This document shows positions 1 to 9,347 of a stretch of 64,000 nucleotides of DNA, piece by piece (position 1 is the stretch's first letter; each line of letters starts with the position of its first letter). The notes under the pieces are model-generated. The model searched no databases. It saw only the letters and a list, made by a program, of their open reading frames with translations, and had not been told where the DNA came from. A program made the position numbers and the translations under genes. Origin of the DNA: Alphaproteobacteria bacterium (GTDB lineage: Bacteria; Pseudomonadota; Alphaproteobacteria; SP197); assembly GCA_964291415.2 (NCBI GenBank), contig OZ219917.1:160001-224000 (forward strand). Reading direction: 5' to 3'.

Positions 1-294
1 CGTGATGAAGCCCATTCGATTCATGGGCTCGTTACAGCCGAGACTGGCACCTACCTGTCGTCGATATCTGAGCCCTGAGCAACTTGGCACCGGGTAGCGC
101 GCTTGTGTCACGCTTCCGACAGGAGCTCGCGGTAGCTGCCCGTCATCATCGCGTTCGCGCGGCCACATAAACGGCGCCGTCCCCGAGTTCTCCATCCCAA
201 TAGCCGCCCATGGGTAGTCCCCTGACAAATCCGGACTCCGTCTATGCTATGTCACATAACACCATAGAACACTTTGTTTTGTTACACAATGGGG

Positions 295-344
295 TTGACT
301 TCTCATCGTGATATCTTATATGACTTTCCTCGAAACAAAGGAAA
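295..344 (+). promoter_or_regulatory. Putative sigma70 promoter and inverted-repeat operator of the abiE operon
   Basis: TTGACT at 295-300, TATATG/TATGAC at about 317-324, inverted repeat TTTCCT-N8-AGGAAA at 325-344 just upstream of ATG 360. AbiEi proteins autorepress via promoter inverted repeats. Confidence 0.5.
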
Positions 345-359
345 ATACAAGGTTTCGCG

Positions 360-1229
360 ATGGATAGGACAATGCCATTCGCCGCCCGATCGCTGTCGCC
401 CCAGGAAAGCCGCGTCGTCCTTAACATGACAGAGCATGGCAGCAAGGAGATAGAGCGTGGGGAAATCATCGACATGCTCGGCGTCAGCCCGCAAGCTGCC
501 GACCATGTGATCCGCTCGCTGCGCCGGAAGGGATGGCTGGCGCGCGCCAGTTGGGGCCGCTACCTGCTCATTCCCCCGGAAATGGGCCCCGACGCTCTGG
601 GAGAAAGCAACGTCCTGGCGCTCGCCAGCCGCATTGTCGAACCCTACTACTTCGGCTACGGGACGGCCGCGATGCATCACGGTCTCACAACACAGCACCG
701 TCAGGTCATTCGCCTCGTCACGCCGGTGCGCGCGCGCAACCGGCGCGTGCTCGATACCGAGGTCCGCATCGTCAATCCGGTTCCGCGAAAGTTCTTCGGA
801 TTCGGCCCAGCCGACGTCCTGGGCTACGCCGTCATGATGTCCGATCGCGAAAAGACCGCCATCGACTGCATCGACCGTCCGGACCTCGCTGGCGGCGAAG
901 GAGAAGCGGCGGCCATCCTGGCGACAGCTTGCCGCCGCATCGACTGGCACAAGGCGGCCAGCTACCTGGGGCGGATGTCCTCCAAAACGCTCACGAGACG
1001 CTTCGGATGGCTGGTGGAACGTGCCGGCGCCACCATTCCCGAAGATGTGCGCCCACATCTCCAGGACCTTGCGAAAGGTACGAGCCGATCACATTTCGGC
1101 CCGAGAACCACCAAGCCCGGCGCAATTGGCTATCAGGACAGTTGGCAGATCACCGCCAATGTCACCAGCCACGAATTGAGCGACAGCGCCGGCATCGCGA
1201 GGTTGCGATCGGTCAACCGGGAGCGCTGA
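360..1229 (+). CDS. abiEi: Type IV TA antitoxin, AbiEi family (wHTH + AbiEi C-terminal domain)
   Basis: N-terminal wHTH (VIRSLRRKGWLARASWGRYLL), YFGYGTAAMHHGLTTQ, SDREKTAIDC motif; directly upstream of an AbiEii-type toxin. Confidence 0.85.
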   Translation: MDRTMPFAARSLSPQESRVVLNMTEHGSKEIERGEIIDMLGVSPQAADHVIRSLRRKGWLARASWGRYLLIPPEMGPDALGESNVLALASRIVEPYYFGYGTAAMHHGLTTQHRQVIRLVTPVRARNRRVLDTEVRIVNPVPRKFFGFGPADVLGYAVMMSDREKTAIDCIDRPDLAGGEGEAAAILATACRRIDWHKAASYLGRMSSKTLTRRFGWLVERAGATIPEDVRPHLQDLAKGTSRSHFGPRTTKPGAIGYQDSWQITANVTSHELSDSAGIARLRSVNRER

Positions 1230-1232
1230 GCC

Positions 1233-2141
1233 ATTCTCACCCGCCCCCAGGTCCAGCGCTACTCCGCCGAAGCCGGACTGCGCAACATCATGATCGCCGA
1301 AAACGAGATCGTGCTGACCTACCTGCTCCAGTTGATGGCGAAGCGCGGCATCCTGGACAAGCTCGCCTTCAAGGGCGGAACCTGCCTTCGCAAGATGTTC
1401 ATCGGCAGCGGAGGGCGCTTTTCGACCGATCTCGATTTCACGCGGATCGAAGAACACGACCACGAAGACTTGATCCTCGCCATGATGGAGGCATTTGAGC
1501 CGCCATTTCACGGAATCCGCTTCGGCGTGCCCGATGACAGTTACTACGAAACCCAGGACGGCCTCTCCTGGGGAGTCAATCCGGTCTACGCCCACGACTG
1601 GAACCCGGGAGGGCAAAGCCAGATCAGACTCCAGGTCAGCCGCCGCGAGGTACCCACCCTTCCCTCATCGCGGAACGCTCAACGTGTTCAAAGCTACTTC
1701 CGGCACCTGCCCTTCGACCCTGTGGACATCACGTGCCTGGCCCTGCCCGAGATCATCGCCGAGAAGATCCGGGCCTGCTATCAGCGCAGCAAGGCACGCG
1801 ACATCTACGACCTCAGCGTCTTTGCCATGCGTCCGCTAAACCGTCCGCTTATCCGACGGCTCGTCGTGCTCAAGCTCTGGCAGGCGCGGGACAGCTTCGA
1901 TCCGGAAGCCCTCCTTGTGAAGTTCAACGATACCACCGCATTCGATTGGGACGATCTCCGGCAACTGATCCGAAGGACGCAGGCGATCGACCCTGCCGAA
2001 ATTGCCGCTGCCTGCCGGAAGGGGTTTGCCTTCCTCGCAGAACTGGACCCTCTGGAGACGGACCTCGTGGCCGACCTTCACCACCGCAATCACACTTTGT
2101 GGAAAGCCCTTCGTGACGATCTCCCGGTCGGTCAGCACTGA
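1233..2141 (+). CDS. abiEii: Type IV TA toxin, AbiEii/AbiGii nucleotidyltransferase (probable ATT start; first ATG at 1290)
   Basis: LAFKGGTCL..RFSTDLDF, EKIRA and RDIYDL motifs. The frame is open from 1230, and an SD-like GGGAG lies 9 nt before ATT 1233. Confidence 0.85.
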   Translation: MLTRPQVQRYSAEAGLRNIMIAENEIVLTYLLQLMAKRGILDKLAFKGGTCLRKMFIGSGGRFSTDLDFTRIEEHDHEDLILAMMEAFEPPFHGIRFGVPDDSYYETQDGLSWGVNPVYAHDWNPGGQSQIRLQVSRREVPTLPSSRNAQRVQSYFRHLPFDPVDITCLALPEIIAEKIRACYQRSKARDIYDLSVFAMRPLNRPLIRRLVVLKLWQARDSFDPEALLVKFNDTTAFDWDDLRQLIRRTQAIDPAEIAAACRKGFAFLAELDPLETDLVADLHHRNHTLWKALRDDLPVGQH

Positions 2142-2330
2142 ACGAAGGCGCTCCGCGCAGTCGATCATCGGACGTTTGTGTTCCCCTTGTTGTTGGCGAC
2201 TTCAAGAGCAGGAACGCCCGACACCGCAAGCACTCCATCCGCGATGACCCGCTTCCGATTGGCCATTGGGTCAGATGGAAGCGACTTTGTTCCGCCCAGA
2301 AAACTCGCGATAAACCGACTGTTACTGGTT

Positions 2331-3221
2331 TCAGGCCTTCGGTCGTCCGGTTGCCCGCGCCCGAAGGGTCGCTTCCCGGTGGAAGATGTAGAGGCCCGAT
2401 GCGGCGATGACGGCGACACCGGCCAGGGTCCACAGGTCCGGCACTTCCGCGAAGACGACGAGACCGGCGATCATGGCGAGGATCATGTGCGAATAGGTAA
2501 AGGGCGCCAGGGCCGAGACCGGGGCGTGGCGAAAGGCGTGGATCAGGCAGTAATGTCCGGTCATGGCGCAACCGCCGAGCAGGGCAAGCATCAGCCAGTC
2601 GACGGCGCCGGGAGGCGCCCACTGCCCGGGAAGGACGAGCACCACCAGTGACATGACGCAAGCGCCGGCCACGTTGTTGTAGGCCATGCTCGTGCTGGCC
2701 TCGTCGTAGCGGTTGACCAGGCGGGTGAGCACATTGTAGGTGGCCATCCCTGCGGCGACCCCCAGCGGCAGGAAATAGGCCCAGTGGCGTTCCTCGAATC
2801 CGGGTCTGAGCACGATCATGACGCCTGCGAAGCCAATCGCGATCGCCGTCCAGCGGCGGATGCCGACCTTCTCGCCCAGCACCGGTATGGCGAGCATGCT
2901 GGTGATGAAGGGCGCGGCAAAGCCGATGGCGACGGCATCGGCCAGGGGAATGTGGCGGATGGCGATGAAGAAGCTGCAGGTCATCGAGACCAGCAGGACC
3001 GAGCGGGCCATCTGCAGATCGAGGCGTCTGGTGCGCAGCGCCGGGATCAGCAGCCGCGGAGAGACGAGGAAGGGCAGCAGAATGACGGAAAACACGTACC
3101 GTCCCCAGGCGACCTGCAGCGGCGGCAGGGTCTGCGTCATGATCTTGGCCAGCGAATCCAGGGCCACGAAGAAGACAATCGATACCAGGGTGAGAGCGAT
3201 GCCGCGGGGAATGTTGTCCAA
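2331..3221 (-). CDS. DMT/EamA family transporter
   Basis: About 10 hydrophobic segments; LGEKVGIRRW and APVSALAPFTY motifs. Confidence 0.9.
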   Translation of the reverse strand: MDNIPRGIALTLVSIVFFVALDSLAKIMTQTLPPLQVAWGRYVFSVILLPFLVSPRLLIPALRTRRLDLQMARSVLLVSMTCSFFIAIRHIPLADAVAIGFAAPFITSMLAIPVLGEKVGIRRWTAIAIGFAGVMIVLRPGFEERHWAYFLPLGVAAGMATYNVLTRLVNRYDEASTSMAYNNVAGACVMSLVVLVLPGQWAPPGAVDWLMLALLGGCAMTGHYCLIHAFRHAPVSALAPFTYSHMILAMIAGLVVFAEVPDLWTLAGVAVIAASGLYIFHREATLRARATGRPKA

Positions 3222-3364
3222 CGATCACCTCGTCAGCCGTCGCGGCTACCCTTCAACAGCCAATGGTAGGACATGCACACGATTGTTGTCGCCGGCAATC
3301 TGTGCCATGGCTTCACCAACTGGTCGGCACCCCTTGATGATTCCGGGGCCACCTTAATCATGGA

Positions 3365-4558
3365 GTGCGCCGTCTTGACCTTCACTGGACTGTCACGCCG
3401 GTGATTCGCGTGAGCGCCAGGTGGCGCAGCATCGCGGCGGTCATCGCGAGTGTCTTCGCTGCTTCGCTGACGTTCTCCATCTGCATGCCGCTGCTGTCAC
3501 TCATCCTCGAGCAGCGGGCGACGGCGAGCTGGCTCATCGGTCTCAACAACGCGGCCGCGCCGGCGGGGCTGTTGATCGCCACGATTTTCATGCCACGTAT
3601 CGTGGAATGGCTGGGCACCATGTACGCCCTCTATCTCGGTTTCGCGCTCATGGTCGTGTCGATCGCCCTGCTGCCCGTCTTCGACAACGTGTGGGCATGG
3701 TTTCCGCTCAGGTTTCTGCTCGGAATCGGCACCGCGCTCCACTGGGTCGTCAGCGAGACCTGGATCAACACGCTTGCGGACGACCGCAGCCGTGGCCGGG
3801 TCATGGCCGTCTACGTGACTTCTCTTTCGGCTGCCTATCTTGCCGGGTTGCCGGTGCTTCTTGTTGTCGGCACCCACGGCATCCTGCCCTTCGTCATTGT
3901 CGTGGCGATCCTGTGCGTTGCCGTCCTGCCCCTCGTCATGGCCCGCAACCTGGCGCCCCGTATCTCCACGCAGGCCGGATTCGGCCTCTTCGCCGCTGCC
4001 CGACGGGCACCGGCCACCATGGTGGCAGCTCTCGTCGACGGGGCCGTGATGGGCGCGCTCTTCGTGTTCTTTCTCATCTACGCCAGCCGCCAGTCCTACA
4101 CGGAGGATCAGGCGATCGTTCTTCTGATCGTGATGGCCGCGGGCAGTGTCATGCTCCAGTTTCCGGTCGGCATGCTCGCCGACCGTTTCGACAAACGCAT
4201 CCTGCTCATCGTCTTCGCCGCCGCCATCTCACTCTTCACCATCGCCTTCCCGTTCGTCCTCCACCATCCCTGGCTGCTGTGGCCCACGCTCTTCCTGTGG
4301 GGCGGCATCACGGGTGGAATCTATACCTGCGGACTGGCACAGATCGGCCAGAGATTCAGGGCTTCCGAACTGGCGCCGGCCAACGCCACGTTCATCTTTC
4401 TCTACGAGCTCGGACATCTGGTCGGGCCCCCGGCAGCCGGCTATGCCATGGGACTGTGGAACCCCCACGGCCTCATCGTGTTCTGTGCCGCGGGCGGTCT
4501 GCTTTTTGCCCTGTTCGCGACCGCGCGTCATGTCATCGTCCGCTCCCAGGGTTCATGA
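3365..4558 (+). CDS. MFS transporter (start uncertain)
   Basis: 12-TM pattern; ETWIN..DRSRGR and GMLADRFDKR MFS loop motifs. Confidence 0.9.
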   Translation: MRRLDLHWTVTPVIRVSARWRSIAAVIASVFAASLTFSICMPLLSLILEQRATASWLIGLNNAAAPAGLLIATIFMPRIVEWLGTMYALYLGFALMVVSIALLPVFDNVWAWFPLRFLLGIGTALHWVVSETWINTLADDRSRGRVMAVYVTSLSAAYLAGLPVLLVVGTHGILPFVIVVAILCVAVLPLVMARNLAPRISTQAGFGLFAAARRAPATMVAALVDGAVMGALFVFFLIYASRQSYTEDQAIVLLIVMAAGSVMLQFPVGMLADRFDKRILLIVFAAAISLFTIAFPFVLHHPWLLWPTLFLWGGITGGIYTCGLAQIGQRFRASELAPANATFIFLYELGHLVGPPAAGYAMGLWNPHGLIVFCAAGGLLFALFATARHVIVRSQGS

Positions 4559-4739
4559 CGCGGTGAGACGCTGCCGAATCTCCGGAACCCGAAGCTGACC
4601 GGTCTGGCGGCGTGCCAGGCGCCTCAAGGGTTGGTGGAACGGCCGTTGATTCTCTATTGTGCGAACCCGTGAACGAACGACGGACAGACACGGTGATCTT
4701 GTCGATGGCTGCTCTTCCGGCGGTTCGCTGGACCACGGA

Positions 4740-6185
4740 ATGGACGCAAGCGTGACCGGCAACGCCTACGAATTTGACGAGACCTTCCATGACGAGATGT
4801 ACGGTGCCGACGGTGCGCCCCGCGAGCACTACCGGCTGCTCGACGACGCTCTCCAGGCTCTTCCCGGCAGCGAGCTTGCGCTGGTCCAGGACCGGGTGAG
4901 GCGGTCGTTCGCCGAAGAGGGGATCTCCTTTACCGTCTACGGAGACGAAGAGGCCCAGGAACGGATCATTCCCGTCGACTGCATCCCGCGCATCCTGACA
5001 GGCGAGGAATGGCAGCAGATCGAGACCGGCCTCACGCAGCGCATCGACGCCCTCAACCGGTTTCTCGGCGACGTCTACGGCGAGGCACGCATCGTCGCCG
5101 ACGGGGTCATTCCGGCGGACCTGGTCCGTGGCTGTCCCCAGTACCGGGTCGAGATGCGCGGCATGAGAGTTCCCCACGACACCTGGGTCGCGGTCTGCGG
5201 CACGGACATCGTGCGCACGAACGATGGATTCATGGTCCTTGAGGACAATCTGAGGGTGCCCTCCGGGGTGTCCTACATGCTGGCAAACCGGGCTGCGGTG
5301 AAGAGCAACCTGCGCCGCCTCTACCGACGCTACAAGGTGCGCGACATCGGACACTACGGAGAGCTCCTGCGCGACACGCTCGCCAGTCTCGCGCCTGAGG
5401 ACAGCGACGATCCGTGCATCGTCCTTCTCACGCCAGGCGTCTTCAATTCCGCCTTCTACGAGCACATGTTCCTGGCCCATGAGATCGGCGCATTCCTCGT
5501 CGAGGGGCGCGATCTCCTGTTCGATGACGGGCACGTGTTCATGCGCACCACCCGGGGTCTCAAGAAAGTGGACGTGATCTACCGGCGCATCGACGACGAT
5601 TTCATCGATCCGCTCGTCTTCCGTCCCGATTCGCTGCTCGGCGTGCCTGGCCTCATGAATGCCTGCAAGCGCGGCAACGTCACCCTGGCCAACGCACCGG
5701 GCACCGGTGTGGCGGACGACAAGAGCGTCTATGCCTATGTACCCGACATGATCCGCTACTACCTGGGCGAGGAACCGGTTCTCGCCAATGTCGAGACCTT
5801 CCTGTGCCGCCGCCCGGAGGATCTCGAATACACCCTCGACAACCTCGAGAACCTCGTCGTCAAGCGGGTCGGCGAATCGGGAGGATACGGCATGCTGGTG
5901 GGGCCGCACGCGACGCCCGACGAGCGCGAGGCCTATGCCAGGGGCATCAGGAACGATCCTGCGGACTTCATCTCGCAGCCGGTGCTGCCGCTTTCGCGTT
6001 CGCCCTGCCTCATCGGGGAACACCTCGAGCCGCGTCACGTGGACCTTCGGCCCTTCGTGCTGCGCGGCCGCAAGACCCGCATCGTGCCCGGCGCCTTCTG
6101 CCGCGTCGCCCTCGTCAAGGGAAGCCTCGTCGTGAATTCCAGCCAGGGCGGCGGCGGCAAGGACCTCTGGGTCCTGGGATCGTGA
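4740..6185 (+). CDS. Circularly permuted type 2 ATP-grasp protein (DUF404/DUF407); start uncertain
   Basis: VLEDNLRVPSGVSY, DVIYRRIDDDFIDP, NAPGTGVADDK, VVNSSQGGGGKD. Confidence 0.92.
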   Translation: MDASVTGNAYEFDETFHDEMYGADGAPREHYRLLDDALQALPGSELALVQDRVRRSFAEEGISFTVYGDEEAQERIIPVDCIPRILTGEEWQQIETGLTQRIDALNRFLGDVYGEARIVADGVIPADLVRGCPQYRVEMRGMRVPHDTWVAVCGTDIVRTNDGFMVLEDNLRVPSGVSYMLANRAAVKSNLRRLYRRYKVRDIGHYGELLRDTLASLAPEDSDDPCIVLLTPGVFNSAFYEHMFLAHEIGAFLVEGRDLLFDDGHVFMRTTRGLKKVDVIYRRIDDDFIDPLVFRPDSLLGVPGLMNACKRGNVTLANAPGTGVADDKSVYAYVPDMIRYYLGEEPVLANVETFLCRRPEDLEYTLDNLENLVVKRVGESGGYGMLVGPHATPDEREAYARGIRNDPADFISQPVLPLSRSPCLIGEHLEPRHVDLRPFVLRGRKTRIVPGAFCRVALVKGSLVVNSSQGGGGKDLWVLGS

Positions 6186-7144
6186 TGCTCGCCCGCAGCG
6201 CCCAGGGCCTCTACTGGATGAGCCGCTATCTCGAGCGCTCGGAGTTCATCGCCCGCCTGCTGGAACTGCAGACGAGGGCGCTGGTGGACCGGCCGCTCCC
6301 GGAGATCCACTTCGGCTGGCGGCGCATCTACGGCAGCCTCGGCATCAGTCCTCCGGCCGGAGACCTCGAACCGGATCACAGCGACGACTACGCCCTGGCG
6401 GATTCCTACACCCTTGCCGGCGACCTCACGTTCGAGCCCAGCAACCCCAGCTCGATGAGAAGCTGTTTCGCGGCGGGCCGTGAAAACGCCCGCCAGATGC
6501 GCCACTGCATCACCAGCGGGATGTGGACGAACCTCAATCTCGCGTGGCTGGACATCAAGGACCTCGACATCCAGGACATCTGGGCCCGGGAGCCGGAGGC
6601 GTTCTATGCAGGGATGGCGCGGACCATCAAGACCTTCGACGGCTTCGTCGCGGCAACCATGTACCGCGACGAGGGATACCAGTTCCTGAGGCTCGGCGCC
6701 TTCATCGAACGAATCCAGCTCATGATCGCCCTGGTGACCACGCACTGCCGCCTTCCCGAGGGCGCCGGGGATCACGAATGGACCAGCCTGCTGCGGGCAT
6801 GCCAGGCGCTCGACGCCTTTGAACGCGTTCACGGCATGGAACGGAAGCCCGAACGGATCCTTGCCCTCGTGATCACCGATCCGCTGCTGCAGGGATCGCT
6901 TCTGGGTTCTCTCACCTCCGCCGCATCGTGCCTTGACGCCCTTGGCAGCGAGGCCGGAAGCCCGGATACCGCGGCCGCGGCCCGGCGGCTGGCCGGCAGA
7001 ATGACGTCCCGGGTGGTCAACGACTGGCCCGACAGCGGCGACCGGCTTTCATTGCTTGACGAGATCGCCCGGGAGGCCCGCGACCTCGACGGCCTCGTGA
7101 CGGGTGCCTGGTTCGAATACGCGACCGGAGAGGGGCAGGCGTGA
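6185..7144 (+). CDS. Alpha-E domain protein (DUF403)
   Basis: MLARSAQGLYWMSRYLERSE, GRENARQMR, FLRLGAFIER; TGATG coupling to the ATP-grasp gene. Confidence 0.9.
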   Translation: MLARSAQGLYWMSRYLERSEFIARLLELQTRALVDRPLPEIHFGWRRIYGSLGISPPAGDLEPDHSDDYALADSYTLAGDLTFEPSNPSSMRSCFAAGRENARQMRHCITSGMWTNLNLAWLDIKDLDIQDIWAREPEAFYAGMARTIKTFDGFVAATMYRDEGYQFLRLGAFIERIQLMIALVTTHCRLPEGAGDHEWTSLLRACQALDAFERVHGMERKPERILALVITDPLLQGSLLGSLTSAASCLDALGSEAGSPDTAAAARRLAGRMTSRVVNDWPDSGDRLSLLDEIAREARDLDGLVTGAWFEYATGEGQA

Positions 7145-7998
7145 CACGACGTACCGGTTTCGAGGTGATCCACCATACCCGTTACCGCTTCTCTCAACCG
7201 GCAACCGGGAGCGTGCTGATGTGCTGCCTCAGGCCGCGTGACGATCGCGGCCAGGAGCTCATCGCCTATTCCCTGGAAACCCGTCCGGAATCACGCACGG
7301 CAGACGAGGTGGACTGCTTCGGCAACCACCGTCACGTGCTGTCGCTCCTCGAGCAGCACGATCAACTGGCAATCGAGGCGCGCTCGGTGGTGGTGCCGGC
7401 CCCGGAGCCCGACCTTCCGGCGGATCTCGGAAGAAACGCCTGGGAGAGACTTCACGCCGAGTCGCGTCCCTTTGAAGACTGGGACTGGCTTCACCCGACG
7501 AGACTGACATGTCCATCCGCCTCGCTGACGGCGTTTCTCGAGCGCCATGCCATCGCGCCCGGCGCCGACCCGCTGGCCAGCACGCGGGACCTTTCGAGGC
7601 AGCTCTACCGCATCCTCGGCTATGTTCCGGGCAGCACCTCGACGCAGTCCACCATCGAGGACGTCCTGATGACCGGCCAGGGAGTGTGCCAGGACTACGC
7701 CCACCTGATGATCGCCATCACCCGTTCGTGGGGCATCCCGAGCCGCTACGTGTCCGGATTCCTGTACGACGACGAGGGCGGCGGATATCACACCACCCAC
7801 GCCTGGGTGGAATGCCGCTTCCCGGATGTCGGCTGGGCGGGCTTCGATCCCACCAACGACAACTTCGCCGGCGCCTCGCATATCCGCATCGCGGAAGGGC
7901 GCGACTTCTCCGACGTCTCGCCGACCCGCGGTATTCTGCTGGGCGGGTGCCGCACCACCCTCGATGTCGATGTCAGGATCCGTCCCGCAGGCACGTGA
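7141..7998 (+). CDS. Transglutaminase-like protein
   Basis: Catalytic triad motifs GVCQDYAH, HAWVE, GFDPTN; GTGA overlap with the upstream gene. Confidence 0.92.
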   Translation: MTRRTGFEVIHHTRYRFSQPATGSVLMCCLRPRDDRGQELIAYSLETRPESRTADEVDCFGNHRHVLSLLEQHDQLAIEARSVVVPAPEPDLPADLGRNAWERLHAESRPFEDWDWLHPTRLTCPSASLTAFLERHAIAPGADPLASTRDLSRQLYRILGYVPGSTSTQSTIEDVLMTGQGVCQDYAHLMIAITRSWGIPSRYVSGFLYDDEGGGYHTTHAWVECRFPDVGWAGFDPTNDNFAGASHIRIAEGRDFSDVSPTRGILLGGCRTTLDVDVRIRPAGT

Positions 7999-8007
7999 CG
8001 GGGCCTC

Positions 8008-9255
8008 TTACTCGACCACGGCAATCCGGGCCGGGACGCGATGCAGGAAACCCGCGTCGTCGTCGGTGAACATCATCATGTCGATGAACATGGACATGCC
8101 GACATCCTGCGGCAGGTAGAAGTTGGCCTCGTAGTTGGACGCCATGCCGGACTCGAACACCTCGTCTCCCGGATCGTTGTGAACGTCCCAGAACCACGGT
8201 CCCACCCAGTCCGGCGGGAAGGAAAGACCCAGATCGTAGCCGCCGATCCAGCACTGGTCCTGCCAGATGCCGGTATCGCGGTAGTAGGTTCCGATGACCG
8301 CGAGGAGTTCGCGAACCGGCAGACCCGGTCGGAGAACCTCCGCCAGCATGGCCTTGACGCCGGTGACGGCGTCGAGATAGCGCGACACGTCAGGGTGCGG
8401 TTCACCGACGCACACGGTGCGCGCGATGTTCGAGTGGTAGCGGTTCCAGACGCCACAGATATCCACGTTGACGATATCGCCCGGCATGATCTGCCGTCGC
8501 GTGGCCAGGGAATGCATGGTGGCGCTGCGTGCGCCCGACGACACCGGCATGGTGATCGACGAGGGTTCACCGCCCGCGCGGGCCATGGCGCGCACCATCT
8601 CGCCCCAGACCTCCAGTTCCGTGACACCGGGACGAATGGTGTCGATGGCGGTCTGCATGCCGATGTCGCCGATCCTGGCGGCGGTGCGGATGAAGGCGAG
8701 TTCGGCGGGCGACTTGATCCGGCGAACGCCGTTGACGATGTCGCTGCCGTCGACCACCGTCGCGCCGCACTCCTCGAAGCCCGCCTGCAGGCGCTCGCTT
8801 ACCGCGCGATTCGGCCGGTAGCTGTGCATCTCCAGGCCAACCCTGCCGCCGAGCCATCCCTCGCCGTCGAGGGTCTGGACGATGAAGCCGATCACATCCT
8901 CGGAAGGCTGGGCGTCACCGCCGAAGATGCGCAGATCCCGGCTGACCGTGGTGAATCCCGCCAGGATCTCCTCGTTCTGCACCTCGATGTGGATGAAGTC
9001 GTCCGCATCGACGTGAACGGCGATCCCGGTGACCGGCAGCCAGGCCGTCGGCCCCTGGGCCTGGTACCACTCGGCCCGATAGCCGGAGAGGTAGCACACG
9101 GCCTCCGGTGACGTGAGGTAGAGCGTGTCGATGTGGCTGTCGGCCATCGCCGCGCGCACGCTGGCCAGCCGGCGGCGGTATTCATCGAGGGTAAAGATCG
9201 TCTCCGCTTCCGGCCGCAGAAACCTGAGGGTTCTTTCCTTGTGCGTCATGGTCAT
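8008..9255 (-). CDS. M24 family (Xaa-Pro/creatinase-like) peptidase
   Basis: Creatinase N domain, RRIKSPAEL, IRPGVTELE, GDIVNVD, YHSNIART. Start placed at MTMTHK after the SD GGGGAGG. Confidence 0.85.
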   Translation of the reverse strand: MTMTHKERTLRFLRPEAETIFTLDEYRRRLASVRAAMADSHIDTLYLTSPEAVCYLSGYRAEWYQAQGPTAWLPVTGIAVHVDADDFIHIEVQNEEILAGFTTVSRDLRIFGGDAQPSEDVIGFIVQTLDGEGWLGGRVGLEMHSYRPNRAVSERLQAGFEECGATVVDGSDIVNGVRRIKSPAELAFIRTAARIGDIGMQTAIDTIRPGVTELEVWGEMVRAMARAGGEPSSITMPVSSGARSATMHSLATRRQIMPGDIVNVDICGVWNRYHSNIARTVCVGEPHPDVSRYLDAVTGVKAMLAEVLRPGLPVRELLAVIGTYYRDTGIWQDQCWIGGYDLGLSFPPDWVGPWFWDVHNDPGDEVFESGMASNYEANFYLPQDVGMSMFIDMMMFTDDDAGFLHRVPARIAVVE

Positions 9256-9347
9256 CGAATTCCTCCCCTCACGGTGACCGGGGCCTCTCGCTTCCGGCCG
9301 GCGTTTTGCCCATAGTTCAGCCTGCGCACTCTCCGGGAGACCACGCC

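Noticed and set aside
1-211. Possible minus-strand gene start at 211 (MGGYWDGELGDG) with an SD-like AGGGG
   Set aside because: Stops after about 21 codons, runs toward the window edge and has no recognisable motif.
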